A stretch of 64,000 bases of DNA from a virus (taxonomy: Duplodnaviria > Caudoviricetes), in the IMG/VR virus record IMGVR_UViG_3300021430_000310, positions 1,202-65,201 of that record; one strand, written 5' to 3'. Below are positions 1 to 9,099 of the stretch, piece by piece. Numbering within the stretch: the stretch's first letter is position 1; each line of letters starts with the position of its first letter. The position numbers and the translations under genes are program-made. Below the pieces are notes generated by a model. The model searched no databases, was not told the DNA's origin, and saw only the letters and a list, made by a program, of their open reading frames with translations.

Positions 1-11
1 TGTTTGCGCAT
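1..11 (-). CDS. 5' start of a gene running off the left edge (partial)
   Basis: ATG at 11-9 on the minus strand with an AGGTGA SD-like sequence upstream; only about 3 codons visible. Confidence 0.3.
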
Positions 12-51
12 GATTCACCTTTTGTATGTGTGTTCAGATTAACAGATTATA

Positions 52-645
52 TCACAATGTCAACTGTTCAATTAACAGGTTGAGCTGCACCACAATGGTC
101 CAAGCCAAAGAAATGGAGTGAGACTTTTTGAAGGTGTAGCCATGTGCATCTGGCTGCCAAATTTCAGGCTGAATGGCAGCAAATCCCTGTTGTGCACAAC
201 GATGGACCAAATATCGTTTACCTGGCCTGATGAGTGCCAACACACATGCCAAATCTTGCACACATTGTGGTTTCAGTTTTTGAACAAGATCATAATGATT
301 GGCGATGTGAGCCAGTTGAGACACCACTTCTGCATGTTGCAGCAGATCCCACATGGGTGGAGTGTTCATGAGCTGTTGCAGATGGTTCTCATCCCTCACC
401 TGATCATAAATGCTGTTGTTGAGCACATCAATCTTATAACAACCCATGTTTTCTGCCTGTGTGTATGTGACAGAGCAGTGTGTGTTGAAGGGGTTCACAG
501 GCACCTGATGAAAGTAGACACCTGTGTTGTGTTTGATGATTTCACCCTGTCTGTTGATCACAGCACACACATGAGGCACATGTTGCAAGAGCGCATGACG
601 ATCACTAGTGTCTATGTCAATATCGCCCAAATTAATCTGCGGCAT
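52..645 (-). CDS. Minimal DnaE/Pol III alpha-like nucleotidyltransferase (palm core only)
   Basis: GDIDID (cf. PDIDID), KHNTGVY (cf. KHAAGVV), KIDVL (cf. KFDFL), ALIRPG (cf. ALYRPG), GYTFKKSH (cf. GYGFNKSH), all within 197 aa. Confidence 0.75.
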   Translation of the reverse strand: MPQINLGDIDIDTSDRHALLQHVPHVCAVINRQGEIIKHNTGVYFHQVPVNPFNTHCSVTYTQAENMGCYKIDVLNNSIYDQVRDENHLQQLMNTPPMWDLLQHAEVVSQLAHIANHYDLVQKLKPQCVQDLACVLALIRPGKRYLVHRCAQQGFAAIQPEIWQPDAHGYTFKKSHSISLAWTIVVQLNLLIEQLTL

Positions 646-649
646 GTGA

Positions 650-931
650 TCAACCCACCATCATGTTCTGAAGCTGTTGAATGGCTCTCTGCATTTGTTG
701 TATGTGATTCTGCATGGAGATCTGTTTGTCTTTCAACTGTTGTATTTCCACAGCCTGTTGAGCACATGTTTGTGCAAGCTGTCTCACATGTTCAGGATTG
801 GGCACACGCAGAATTTTGTTTTCCCATTTGAGTTCAATAACAGAAGGCAGCACTTGGGCTTGTAAACTCACAGCAGGGGATGCAGCCTGATTCAGAGGCA
901 TTGGTTCCATTTGAGCATATTGATCCAGCAT
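650..931 (-). CDS. Hypothetical protein with C-terminal coiled coil
   Basis: 93-aa ORF, co-oriented with short gaps; Q-rich heptads. Confidence 0.65.
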   Translation of the reverse strand: MLDQYAQMEPMPLNQAASPAVSLQAQVLPSVIELKWENKILRVPNPEHVRQLAQTCAQQAVEIQQLKDKQISMQNHIQQMQRAIQQLQNMMVG

Positions 932-943
932 GATTGTTGTTCC

Positions 944-1705
944 TTATAATCCAGCTTCTGCAAGTGTCATTTTAATACCATCCACATCTGCAGCCATGCG
1001 CAGGAATTTCACCTTCCAGTTGGTGATGGGAGCCAGTTGAGCAATCATCATGATCTGTTCAGGCGAGCATCTCACAAACAGTTGTTCTGCACTTGCACAA
1101 TTATATAGCAGCCAGGGACTGATTCTGCCCTGTTGTATCCAGCTCACACACTGATGTGGATTCACATGTGCAAAGAACTCTGTGAAAGGCTTCTGTGTGT
1201 TTATATGCCATTCATGCAGCAATTTCAAACTTCTGCACAAAGCTTGTTCAGCAGGTTCTGTGATCAGCAACCATTTGAGAAACTCTGCATACTTGATCGC
1301 ATCACACCAGGCATCCAGTTTCACTTGTGCTTTCAGCAGCCAGTTCACAAACTGTGAGATCTCCTGCACCAGTTGCTCTTCACACCAAGTGACAAATCGC
1401 ACCAGCTGAGGCCACATCATGCTGTGTGAAAATTCCTGATACGTGGGAATCTGATTTCTGCGAGTGGGATTCAGTTGACACCACACATTCACATATATTT
1501 CAAATGCCTGTTGCACTCTGGGTGTTTGTCTGAGAGAATGTCTACGCTTGGGCTCACATGCATGTTCCACAAGAGTGCGCTCATGCACAAATGACTTTTT
1601 ACAGAAGTCACATGTGTGTGGACGATTCAGATCAATCACTTTCTCGTTTTTGGAACTTTTGGATCTCATTACGGATATCCTTCTGACTGCGATCATCTGC
1701 ACCAC
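944..1705 (-). CDS. Hypothetical protein with N-terminal Zn-finger (CxxC..H.C); true start probably downstream at MRSKSS
   Basis: HTCDFCKKSFVHERTLVEHAC; lies within the replication gene run. Confidence 0.7.
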   Translation of the reverse strand: MVQMIAVRRISVMRSKSSKNEKVIDLNRPHTCDFCKKSFVHERTLVEHACEPKRRHSLRQTPRVQQAFEIYVNVWCQLNPTRRNQIPTYQEFSHSMMWPQLVRFVTWCEEQLVQEISQFVNWLLKAQVKLDAWCDAIKYAEFLKWLLITEPAEQALCRSLKLLHEWHINTQKPFTEFFAHVNPHQCVSWIQQGRISPWLLYNCASAEQLFVRCSPEQIMMIAQLAPITNWKVKFLRMAADVDGIKMTLAEAGL

Positions 1706-2153
1706 TATCCTGAATCAACTGTGTCCACTCCGCAAGTGGTTTGATGTGTTTGAGCATGTGCCTCTCATCTGGATTTGTGTGTGGCCAGTGAGTTGCAATA
1801 AATGCGTCCCATTTGGGCGTGGTGGTTTCCCGTTTGGCCATGGGAATCCAAGCATGATATTGTTTACGACCTGTGCCTGCCACACACAACAGTTTCCACA
1901 ACAGTTCAGGATGTTTGCCCAAACTCCACATGCCCAGATTGACCAGATCATTTGTGGCCAAGATCTGATAATACTTGAGATCACTCTTATCTGATAAGGC
2001 ACTCTGCCATCTCATGGTGATCAATGCTGTGAATGCCTTTTGTTCCTCTTCGGTCAAGTTGGAATAAAAGTCTTTCATGCCCCGGTCAGCAGCTTCCAGC
2101 ACAGACTGCATATCCAGCTTGTATGTGCGTTTGGCTTCTGTTTTTTTCGCCAT
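1632..2153 (-). CDS. gp62: Clamp-loader small subunit (T4 gp62-like)
   Basis: FYSNLTEEEQKAF..MRWQS and KHPELLWKLL resemble gp62-like subunits; start chosen at MAKKTE. Confidence 0.6.
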   Translation of the reverse strand: MAKKTEAKRTYKLDMQSVLEAADRGMKDFYSNLTEEEQKAFTALITMRWQSALSDKSDLKYYQILATNDLVNLGMWSLGKHPELLWKLLCVAGTGRKQYHAWIPMAKRETTTPKWDAFIATHWPHTNPDERHMLKHIKPLAEWTQLIQDSGADDRSQKDIRNEIQKFQKRESD

Positions 2154-2229
2154 GTTCGTCATCCTCAGATACTGACATATGTTACATGTGAGATTTAGTT
2201 GTTTCAAGCTGAGACATTCTGTCTCATCA

Positions 2230-2235
2230 TAAATA
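2230..2235 (+). promoter_or_regulatory. Putative late promoter (TAAATA)
   Basis: CATAAATA upstream of a virion-type gene; cf. T4 TATAAATA. Confidence 0.55.
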
Positions 2236-2319
2236 CCCTGAAACGACCACAACAGTTGTGGTTTTATGGGGTTTGACCCGCCCCGTAGCACCTAGAACGT
2301 GCCAAGGAGACCAATTCAA

Positions 2320-3264
2320 ATGGGAAGACCGTTAAACAAGAGATTCTTTGATCCAGTACCAGCCTCAAATGGAGAAGGTGTGGCCAGTGTGACTGTGAAC
2401 AATGCTGACAGAGGCAACTATGCTGCCCTCACCACTGTGACATTTAGTGCACCTGAACTACCAGGCGGCACAACAGCCACGGGCAGTGTGATCATGGAAT
2501 TGCGATCAGTAGCTATCAACAATGGTGGTGGCTCTTATACAGCAGGTGATGTGCTTGTGATTGGTGGCGGAGCAGTTGTGGGAGACACCACAGCAGGCAC
2601 ATACACTGCACAAGCTGAAATTGAAGTTGCTACAGTTAATGCTGGCACCGGAGAGATCCTAACATTTGAGGTACTGAGTGTCAGGGGAGCGTATTCTGCA
2701 CTACCCAGTAAGGTAGCCGGAGGCAGCAACACCACAAACTTGAGCCTGGATGGTGGCACAGGCAACAATGCCAGAGTGGACATCACCTGGAGAGTGAAAG
2801 AAGTCACTGTCTCAGACGCAGGCGCTGGTTACGTGGCTGCTCCCACTGTGACATTCTCAGCTGGCACAGGTGGTGATACTGCAAGCGCAAGTGCTGTGGC
2901 GCTCACAACCACAGGCACCAACGTGATCCTGGCTCATGCCTGGGTGGTGGGTGGCAGTGAGGCACTGGATGCAGACATCATCAAGCAGACCAGCACAAAT
3001 GAATATGTGATGGCCACAACTGAAGGTGAAAGCATTGTGACACTGGTTGCAGATGCCACACCCACAGAAGGTCAAGCTTACATCCAGGCCACAGATGCTA
3101 ACGGCAGCACATACTTTGTCACCAAGCTGACTGCACATTTGGCAGTGCTGGAGCAATGGAGTGTGAACGGCTCATTTGTGTATGCTTCCGGAGAGGATGC
3201 GCCCTGGAGCTTTGACATCAGCACAGACGCAGAAGGTCAGGTTGTGCAGATTGAAAGTGCATAA
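2320..3264 (+). CDS. Virion structural protein (G/T/A-rich beta-repeat)
   Basis: MGRPLNKRFF start with AAGGAGA SD; V...GxGY..APTVTFS repeats; late promoter upstream. Confidence 0.7.
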   Translation: MGRPLNKRFFDPVPASNGEGVASVTVNNADRGNYAALTTVTFSAPELPGGTTATGSVIMELRSVAINNGGGSYTAGDVLVIGGGAVVGDTTAGTYTAQAEIEVATVNAGTGEILTFEVLSVRGAYSALPSKVAGGSNTTNLSLDGGTGNNARVDITWRVKEVTVSDAGAGYVAAPTVTFSAGTGGDTASASAVALTTTGTNVILAHAWVVGGSEALDADIIKQTSTNEYVMATTEGESIVTLVADATPTEGQAYIQATDANGSTYFVTKLTAHLAVLEQWSVNGSFVYASGEDAPWSFDISTDAEGQVVQIESA

Positions 3265-3355
3265 TTAACAGATCAGCCAAGGGAAGTGGTAAAACCCTGG
3301 CAGACTCAGTGACGCCCTCAAGCAAGCCCGAGCGAACTTGAGGGTGTCGCCTTGA

Positions 3356-4243
3356 TTACCATTTCACATAAGCTGATCGAATACTTGCGCCACAGTTTGT
3401 GATATCCAAGGGCTGCATGAGTTCAGGCATATATGAGGAAGGTCCCTGTGTGAGTGTGACAGCATCCACATACATGCTGAACTTGCCCTCCTCACTTGTC
3501 ACCAGCACCTGCGGAATCTCCAGCTCTTTGAGCAAATCCCCAAACTGCTGCACAAAGGCAGTGTCCACACCCAGCATGCTGATCTTGGCACGCCAATGTG
3601 GCTTGCGATCACGCCTGAGCCCGAGTAGTGTGTCCAGGCCTGTCATGTCATGTGGTGCATGTGCTGCACCAAACCCCACTGGCTTGTAGCCCAACAGGAG
3701 CAGATCCACACCTGTATCCCAACAGGCATCCAGCAGCTGAGCAGTTTCTGAAATGTCCACACTACCCACCACATGCTGGGCTGTGATCTGCACCCGGCGA
3801 TCGCCCCAGCCACGCTGGCCATTCAGCACATGCTCAATCTTGGAGACCTTGTTGAGCTGATGTGCATCATGCACACTCACACCAATTGCACCCACTGTGT
3901 TCTGCACAGTGCGCACCAGGCCCACATTCTGCAACCAATCCACACCAAATGTGGTGAAGTTGGGCACAATACCTCGCTCATGAGCATACTGCAACACTTC
4001 TGCAAGATGTGGATAATGAGTGGGTTCACCGCCACCCAGAGCCACTTCAAACACCTGCATTTCAGCTAGTGCATCCAGAACATGCTTGATGTTATCCAGA
4101 TCACCATGTTTGCCCTTGGGCGTGCTACCCTGATAGCAGTTGTGCACCAGCATGCCATTGGCCCAGTAATTATGATTGGGAGGGGTGCCAAAGTTATACA
4201 CTTTGCCCTTATACTGGCTCTTCTTGATACTCTTGATCTTCAC
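3356..4243 (-). CDS. Split-intein C-fragment (35 aa) fused to radical SAM C-extein
   Basis: MKIKSIKK..VYNF....HNYWANGMLVHN then C+1 YQGS, followed by the radical SAM core (ALGGGEPT, PNFTT, VGAIGVSVH). Confidence 0.92.
   Translation of the reverse strand: MKIKSIKKSQYKGKVYNFGTPPNHNYWANGMLVHNCYQGSTPKGKHGDLDNIKHVLDALAEMQVFEVALGGGEPTHYPHLAEVLQYAHERGIVPNFTTFGVDWLQNVGLVRTVQNTVGAIGVSVHDAHQLNKVSKIEHVLNGQRGWGDRRVQITAQHVVGSVDISETAQLLDACWDTGVDLLLLGYKPVGFGAAHAPHDMTGLDTLLGLRRDRKPHWRAKISMLGVDTAFVQQFGDLLKELEIPQVLVTSEEGKFSMYVDAVTLTQGPSSYMPELMQPLDITNCGASIRSAYVKW
4139..4243 (-). other. IntC of a naturally split intein
   Basis: Block F VYNF and block G HN/C; Lys-rich N-terminus. Confidence 0.92.
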
Positions 4244-4245
4244 GG

Positions 4246-5196
4246 TTATCTCCTAGCCGGATCAATTATTCTATGGCATGGTACACAAACCACTCTACCA
4301 GTAATTTGTTCATGCTTCTTAATCACTAGTTGTGTTATAGCTTCCAGTTCAGCTTCAGTCAACAAGTTAATATCTACCCCATTTAGGCATTCTGCAAGGC
4401 ACTCCTTGAATGATTGAGATTCATGATGCACTTCAAGCTTTGTGTCTTTAGCACCACATTCTTCACACTTGAACTGTGCCTTCTCTAAATGAGGGAAGGT
4501 CCACACAGGATACAGCCTGGTCCGGATGGTTTGGGTTCTCACTCTGTTACCCTTCCAGTTACCATGTGCAGGACCTTTGGGTAAACTTCTGCCCTTCAAC
4601 TTTGATTGAACAACAGCCTTAACTTCAGGTCTCTTCATAGGATTATCATTAATCATGCGCTCTCTAGAGCGTTCACGCTGCTCTTCAGTCATAACTGGTC
4701 TATATGCAGTTCCTGCCCTGCGACCATTCTCTTGCATCTTCTGCCTATACTCAGGATCAGTCTCAAACCTCGTCTTGTTGGTTTGACTCACTCGTTCCGC
4801 TACTTCTGGGTCATGCATAGGATTGTGTTCGGTTAACCATTTACTCCTTAATAGAGAAGTCTCCTGCTTGCATTTGTCACAAACCTTATGTGGCTTTGTG
4901 GTGCCTGCTCGTGTAAGAGCTTTAATAAATGTGCCCATCACATCACCGCAGTTGGTGCAGACCAACTGCGCTTCAATAGTCTTGAAGTTTTTAGGCCTTT
5001 TAACAGTCTTGCATGTGCTACACAGGCTAGAGTTACGAGACCCCACATATGACTGCCCACAATGATTGCAAGCCTTTTCAGCTTGTCTTTTGGCGTAAGC
5101 TAGATTTCGAGCTTCAGTAGAGCATGCAGGGCTGCAATACCTACCGTTGGTCTTTTTGTCAAAGCTGTTTGAACAAATTCCGCAAGTGATTATCAT
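4246..5196 (-). mobile_element. Free-standing HNH homing endonuclease with N-terminal Cys-rich Zn-binding repeats, inserted inside the intein
   Basis: CEECG..LEVHH...VCVPCH; multiple CxxC; NPM repeats; more AT-rich than flanks; start reassigned to ATG 5196 (CAGGAG 9 nt upstream). Confidence 0.85.
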
Positions 5197-5231
5197 AAAT
5201 ATGTGCTCCTGTATTTGCACATATTTATGAT
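5192..5231 (-). promoter_or_regulatory. 15-bp hairpin holding a late promoter (TAAATA, 5222-5227) in its 5' arm and the HNH start codon in its 3' arm
   Basis: Perfect inverted repeat ATCATAAATATGTGC / GCACATATTTATGAT with a 10-nt loop carrying most of the SD. Confidence 0.85.
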
Positions 5232-5238
5232 TATGACA

Positions 5239-6180
5239 TCAACCAGCTTCTCTTATGTGCAGAATCTCATCATTTTCTTCACATAGGCTAGCTGGCACCC
5301 AACCCTTGGTCTTGACATAAATTTCATGTTCTGGTGTGATACAAACCTTCACACCATTTTCCATTTCAATCTCGTATAGGTCTCCTTCGTAATCTCTCTC
5401 ATAAGTCTCAGCCACAGTTGCAGACTCAACAATTGATAGATCTGTGTTATACGAAAGGACCTCTTGGCCTTGAGAGATTTGTTCAATAGGCATAACCCCT
5501 GTTGGTGTGCTGATCATAGTTCCAGGCACAAGGCAGAATGCACATTTGTACAGGCAGTAGTCAGATAGCTTGATGTCCACTAATTCTGGCACCGTGCTCT
5601 TCACATATTCAGGCGCATCAGGCAGAAAGCTCACACGCATCTTGGCACCTGAATGTGGATTGAACATGCTCCAATAGTCATGATCTCTGCGCACAACATT
5701 GTCATGGCCCCAATTGAAGGCATCAGTGCGATGATCTGTGTAGCTGTTGGCTGGGGGGTCCTGACCATCAGAGTTGTCGTTGCCACCCAGGATGATCACA
5801 TCATCACGCTTGACAAACTCATGCATGTGCTGCACCAGTTCAGGATGCTTGCGGAACATGGTGCCCAGGTTGCCCCACACACTCTGATGGTCCACACCGT
5901 AATCTGAAAAGTCATCAACTGAATATTCAGTTGATAGCAGACTGTTCACAGCATGCACAATCTCAGATTTCTCCATGTGTGCATCTTCCAGAGTCTGCAT
6001 GAGCTGGGTCACAAAGTAGGCACTCTTGCTGTCTGGATCAGCTAGTGTGAACTGTTCCCAATTGTAGCTGAAACGGTTGTATTCATCTGTGAATTCTCGT
6101 TGACCACGTGGGATCATCACAATGGAATGGCTGCTGCTGGAGTTGGTGGCGAAACCCACCCGCAGATTGTGAACTTTCAT
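5239..6180 (-). CDS. Radical SAM N-extein (with GFATNSSSSHS domain) fused to split-intein N-fragment
   Basis: ELVDIKLSDYCLYKCAF then CLVPGTMISTPTG..TPEH..GWV; stop after 98 intein residues. Confidence 0.92.
   Translation of the reverse strand: MKVHNLRVGFATNSSSSHSIVMIPRGQREFTDEYNRFSYNWEQFTLADPDSKSAYFVTQLMQTLEDAHMEKSEIVHAVNSLLSTEYSVDDFSDYGVDHQSVWGNLGTMFRKHPELVQHMHEFVKRDDVIILGGNDNSDGQDPPANSYTDHRTDAFNWGHDNVVRRDHDYWSMFNPHSGAKMRVSFLPDAPEYVKSTVPELVDIKLSDYCLYKCAFCLVPGTMISTPTGVMPIEQISQGQEVLSYNTDLSIVESATVAETYERDYEGDLYEIEMENGVKVCITPEHEIYVKTKGWVPASLCEENDEILHIREAG
5242..5535 (-). other. IntN of a naturally split intein (98 aa)
   Basis: C1 block A CLVPGT, block B TPEH, acidic C-terminus EENDE. Confidence 0.92.
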
Positions 6181-6230
6181 TAAGGATCATCCTGTTATGT
6201 GACCACATGATAACAGGTAGACGCATTATG

Positions 6231-6731
6231 TCAAACTAATTGTCTGATATCCAGTACATCCAGATTCTTTCCCACATCTTTTATGAAGTAAACACATGCA
6301 GGATTGGGCTTCTGTTCCACAGGCACAGCCAGAAAGTGCCCCACTTTGAGTTTGGGGAAACACCATTTGACATCTGCAAACACATTCACAATTTCCACAT
6401 CAAAAAAGTCAGGCATGAAGCCTCCAATGGGATTGAATGCAAATGCTTGAAACTGTTTGTCCATGATGTCCACCAAGCGACACACTTCTAAATCACCTGC
6501 ATGTTTGTCACCCACCACCACATGCCAATCCAAGGGCATCTGTATGTTGTGACGGCCCACTTTCAAATCTGCACATGGCGAATGAAATATGTCCAGGAAC
6601 ACCAGGGGTGGCCAATAATAGTCTATGTGATCTTTGTCTGAATAATCCAACACACAATAGCGCAAGTCATCCACTTTGTCAGGCATGGTGTTCAAATTGA
6701 AGGCCTGGTTGTCCACTGTTAATATTCGCAT
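6231..6731 (-). CDS. Conserved-looking hypothetical protein downstream of uvsW
   Basis: 166-aa ORF, co-oriented; TAAATA at 6737-6742. Confidence 0.75.
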   Translation of the reverse strand: MRILTVDNQAFNLNTMPDKVDDLRYCVLDYSDKDHIDYYWPPLVFLDIFHSPCADLKVGRHNIQMPLDWHVVVGDKHAGDLEVCRLVDIMDKQFQAFAFNPIGGFMPDFFDVEIVNVFADVKWCFPKLKVGHFLAVPVEQKPNPACVYFIKDVGKNLDVLDIRQLV

Positions 6732-6759
6732 CCAAATATTTAGAGTGGTCGTGCCAGAC

Positions 6760-8217
6760 TCACAAAATTATCTTACGAACCTCAAAGGGATATTCAGCAT
6801 TCTTGTAGAACTGTTTACGTTTGAGTAGATGGTTATTTGAGAACTTCATCTTACTACAAACATCTATCACCATGACTCTGTCTTTGTCATCCGCCATTCT
6901 CAAACCTCTACCAATACTCTGGATGGTTCGCACAAATGATTTCCCAGCTTCCACCAACACCAGATTGAAGATTCTGTTGATTGAAATGCCTGTGCTGGTG
7001 GTGCCATATGTGGCAATCATGATCCGGTTGTCAGCAAAGTTGATGTCTTTGTAGTGGGCACGACGATCTGCGCTCTTCATTTCACCACTAATGAACACAG
7101 CACCGGAAATCTGGTTATACAGCTTCTGACCAGTTTCAATGCGATCCACCAACACCAGTGTGTTACCGGATTCACCCAGCTTTTCAATCTCTTCTGCCAA
7201 CCACTTCAATCTCATGTCATTTGTGACAAGGTATTTGAGCTCATCCTGATAGTTGGCATATTGAGCTGATTCCTGAGTCTGCCACACATGCACATCACAC
7301 TTGGCCAACACCCCCTTGTCTTGCAGCTCTTTGGCAGTCAGCTTGCCAATCTCAGGACCTATAGCTGAGAACAGCCCCATCTGTTTGAAGTCTTCTTCAG
7401 GAATGGTGCCTGTGAGTCCCCACCTGATGGGTATGTGTTTGAACACAGTGGTCAACAGCTTGTGTAGTACATTAGTGTCCTTTACTGCGTGACACTCGTC
7501 CACTATGATGGCCACCAGACCTTTCATGAACTTCTCCATCTGATCAGCATCCAGGAAGTCTTTGTGCTTCTTGTCCAGCACACTCAGACTCTGCCAGGTG
7601 CAGATGGTGTGGGTGCATTCATATTCTTTGCGATCACCAAACAGCACACCCACATCCAGACCCAGGTTGCGATAATCTTCCTCAGTCTGTTGCACCAGGT
7701 TCTTGTTGGGCACAATCACAATGGTGCGTCCGTAAGGTTGCACCATCTTGCTGAGTGTGGCAGTCACCAAAGTCTTGCCCGCACTAGTTGGGAGCACCTG
7801 CACACCTTGCAGGTTTTGCAAACAACAGTTGATGGCATCTGCCTGATAGTCTCTCAGTTCAATTGGTTGACCTGCGAAACGATGCCCATGAGGCCAAGTC
7901 TGATCACTCAGATATGATTCATCCACAGTGTCAAATTCAAACTTGTGATACGCTCGCTGATCCTGAATGTCAATTTCATAGTTATGAGCCTGCAGGATGG
8001 GGATCAGACGGTCCAGACAGTTCAAATAGGTCTTACCAGCCATGGTCATGAAGCTTGTGCAACCATCCCATCGCCCCATCTTGAAAGCTCGAGAATATCT
8101 AGCTGATGGCAGAAAGAACTGAACTGCTTTAATCATGGCTCGCTTGACTGGCAGATCCACATCCTTGATGGTGATGTTAACTTCATCTTCAATAATAATC
8201 TTGGCTACATTGTCCAT
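6760..8217 (-). CDS. uvsW: UvsW-like SF2 DNA helicase
   Basis: PTSAGKT, DECH, GLTGT, QSIGRGLR motifs. Confidence 0.92.
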   Translation of the reverse strand: MDNVAKIIIEDEVNITIKDVDLPVKRAMIKAVQFFLPSARYSRAFKMGRWDGCTSFMTMAGKTYLNCLDRLIPILQAHNYEIDIQDQRAYHKFEFDTVDESYLSDQTWPHGHRFAGQPIELRDYQADAINCCLQNLQGVQVLPTSAGKTLVTATLSKMVQPYGRTIVIVPNKNLVQQTEEDYRNLGLDVGVLFGDRKEYECTHTICTWQSLSVLDKKHKDFLDADQMEKFMKGLVAIIVDECHAVKDTNVLHKLLTTVFKHIPIRWGLTGTIPEEDFKQMGLFSAIGPEIGKLTAKELQDKGVLAKCDVHVWQTQESAQYANYQDELKYLVTNDMRLKWLAEEIEKLGESGNTLVLVDRIETGQKLYNQISGAVFISGEMKSADRRAHYKDINFADNRIMIATYGTTSTGISINRIFNLVLVEAGKSFVRTIQSIGRGLRMADDKDRVMVIDVCSKMKFSNNHLLKRKQFYKNAEYPFEVRKIIL

Positions 8218-8452
8218 GTGATTCCAGCTCTTGTGATTGTGCGACTGTTCATGTTAGTAGTTATTGCACAACTTCTCAACACATGAACCAAATGAAAAAC
8301 CCAGCATTGCTGCTGGGTTTTTGTCACACCGTGTGGCCCGAGTATCCTGCGATGGTATGCCACCAATTAATTCCAGTCTTGCACCACCACAAATGCTGCT
8401 GGATTCAGCCCGTTGCCTTGGCTCAGTTGGTGTGATTAGACTGATCAGATCA

Positions 8453-8920
8453 TCACACTGTGATGATCTGATCAAAGCCTTCTGCCTCAGTGGGAGGCTC
8501 TAGCTGGCTCTTCATGCCCGCAATAACATTGGCAGGAATGGTCTTACCCACACGACTGGCCAAACGACGTGCATGTTCTGCGCGGTCAGGAGTGCGGAAC
8601 ATCACAGCCACCCGCTCATATGAATCAGGCACCATGGCAAGCTTTTTGGCACGTGCAGCAGCCACCACATTGGTCTGATCCCAGATGAGATCTGCACCCT
8701 GACTGACAGCATCTGCCAGCATCTGATACATCTCTGTAGTGGCGCTCTTGATCTCCTTGCGGAACACCTGATCATAAGTCTTGCCCTGTGCAGCAGCCCT
8801 GCGCTCAATAATGGCATCAGTGCTCAGGATCACAGTGCGGTTCCAGTCAAAGGGCTGTTGAGCCAGCCAAGTGCTCTTGCCTGCACCAGGTACTCCGATC
8901 AGCATGTATAGCTTGGGCAT
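8453..8920 (-). CDS. P-loop kinase (AAA_33 / polynucleotide kinase-like)
   Basis: LIGVPGAGKST, STD, IWDQTN..R, EPPTEAEGFD. Confidence 0.85.
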   Translation of the reverse strand: MPKLYMLIGVPGAGKSTWLAQQPFDWNRTVILSTDAIIERRAAAQGKTYDQVFRKEIKSATTEMYQMLADAVSQGADLIWDQTNVVAAARAKKLAMVPDSYERVAVMFRTPDRAEHARRLASRVGKTIPANVIAGMKSQLEPPTEAEGFDQIITV

Positions 8921-9099
8921 CACTTGACCTCCACACACATGGTGAGAATCCTACGGGCACCAAGATTCACCTGCACCTGTTGAATCTGAGTGGCCTGAGC
9001 CAGACAGTTATCACGTGAGCTAAAACCACTCACATGTTCCATGGAACTGTTACCAGCAGCATTAGCCAACAGCATGATCACCAAGGTCCATGTGCTCAT
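8920..9099 (-). CDS. Small exported two-Cys protein (59 aa; not in ORF track)
   Basis: MSTWTLVIMLLANAAG..VSGFSSRDNC..TMCVEVK; stop overlaps next start. Confidence 0.6.
   Translation of the reverse strand: MSTWTLVIMLLANAAGNSSMEHVSGFSSRDNCLAQATQIQQVQVNLGARRILTMCVEVK

Noticed and set aside
944-1705. Eukaryote-like C2H2 zinc-finger transcription factor
   Set aside because: There is only one degenerate finger (CxxC..H.C) with no linker repeats; this is better treated as an ordinary phage Zn-binding motif.
3356-6180. Interpretation as a dead gene disrupted by an HNH insertion
   Set aside because: Both intein halves keep all splicing residues, the downstream half has its own start and SD, and both exteins are open and motif-complete.
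6231-6731. Possible stand-alone Hint/intein-like protein near the split intein
   Set aside because: It has no N-terminal Cys/Ser, no TxxH and no terminal HN; any fold-level similarity cannot be judged by eye.
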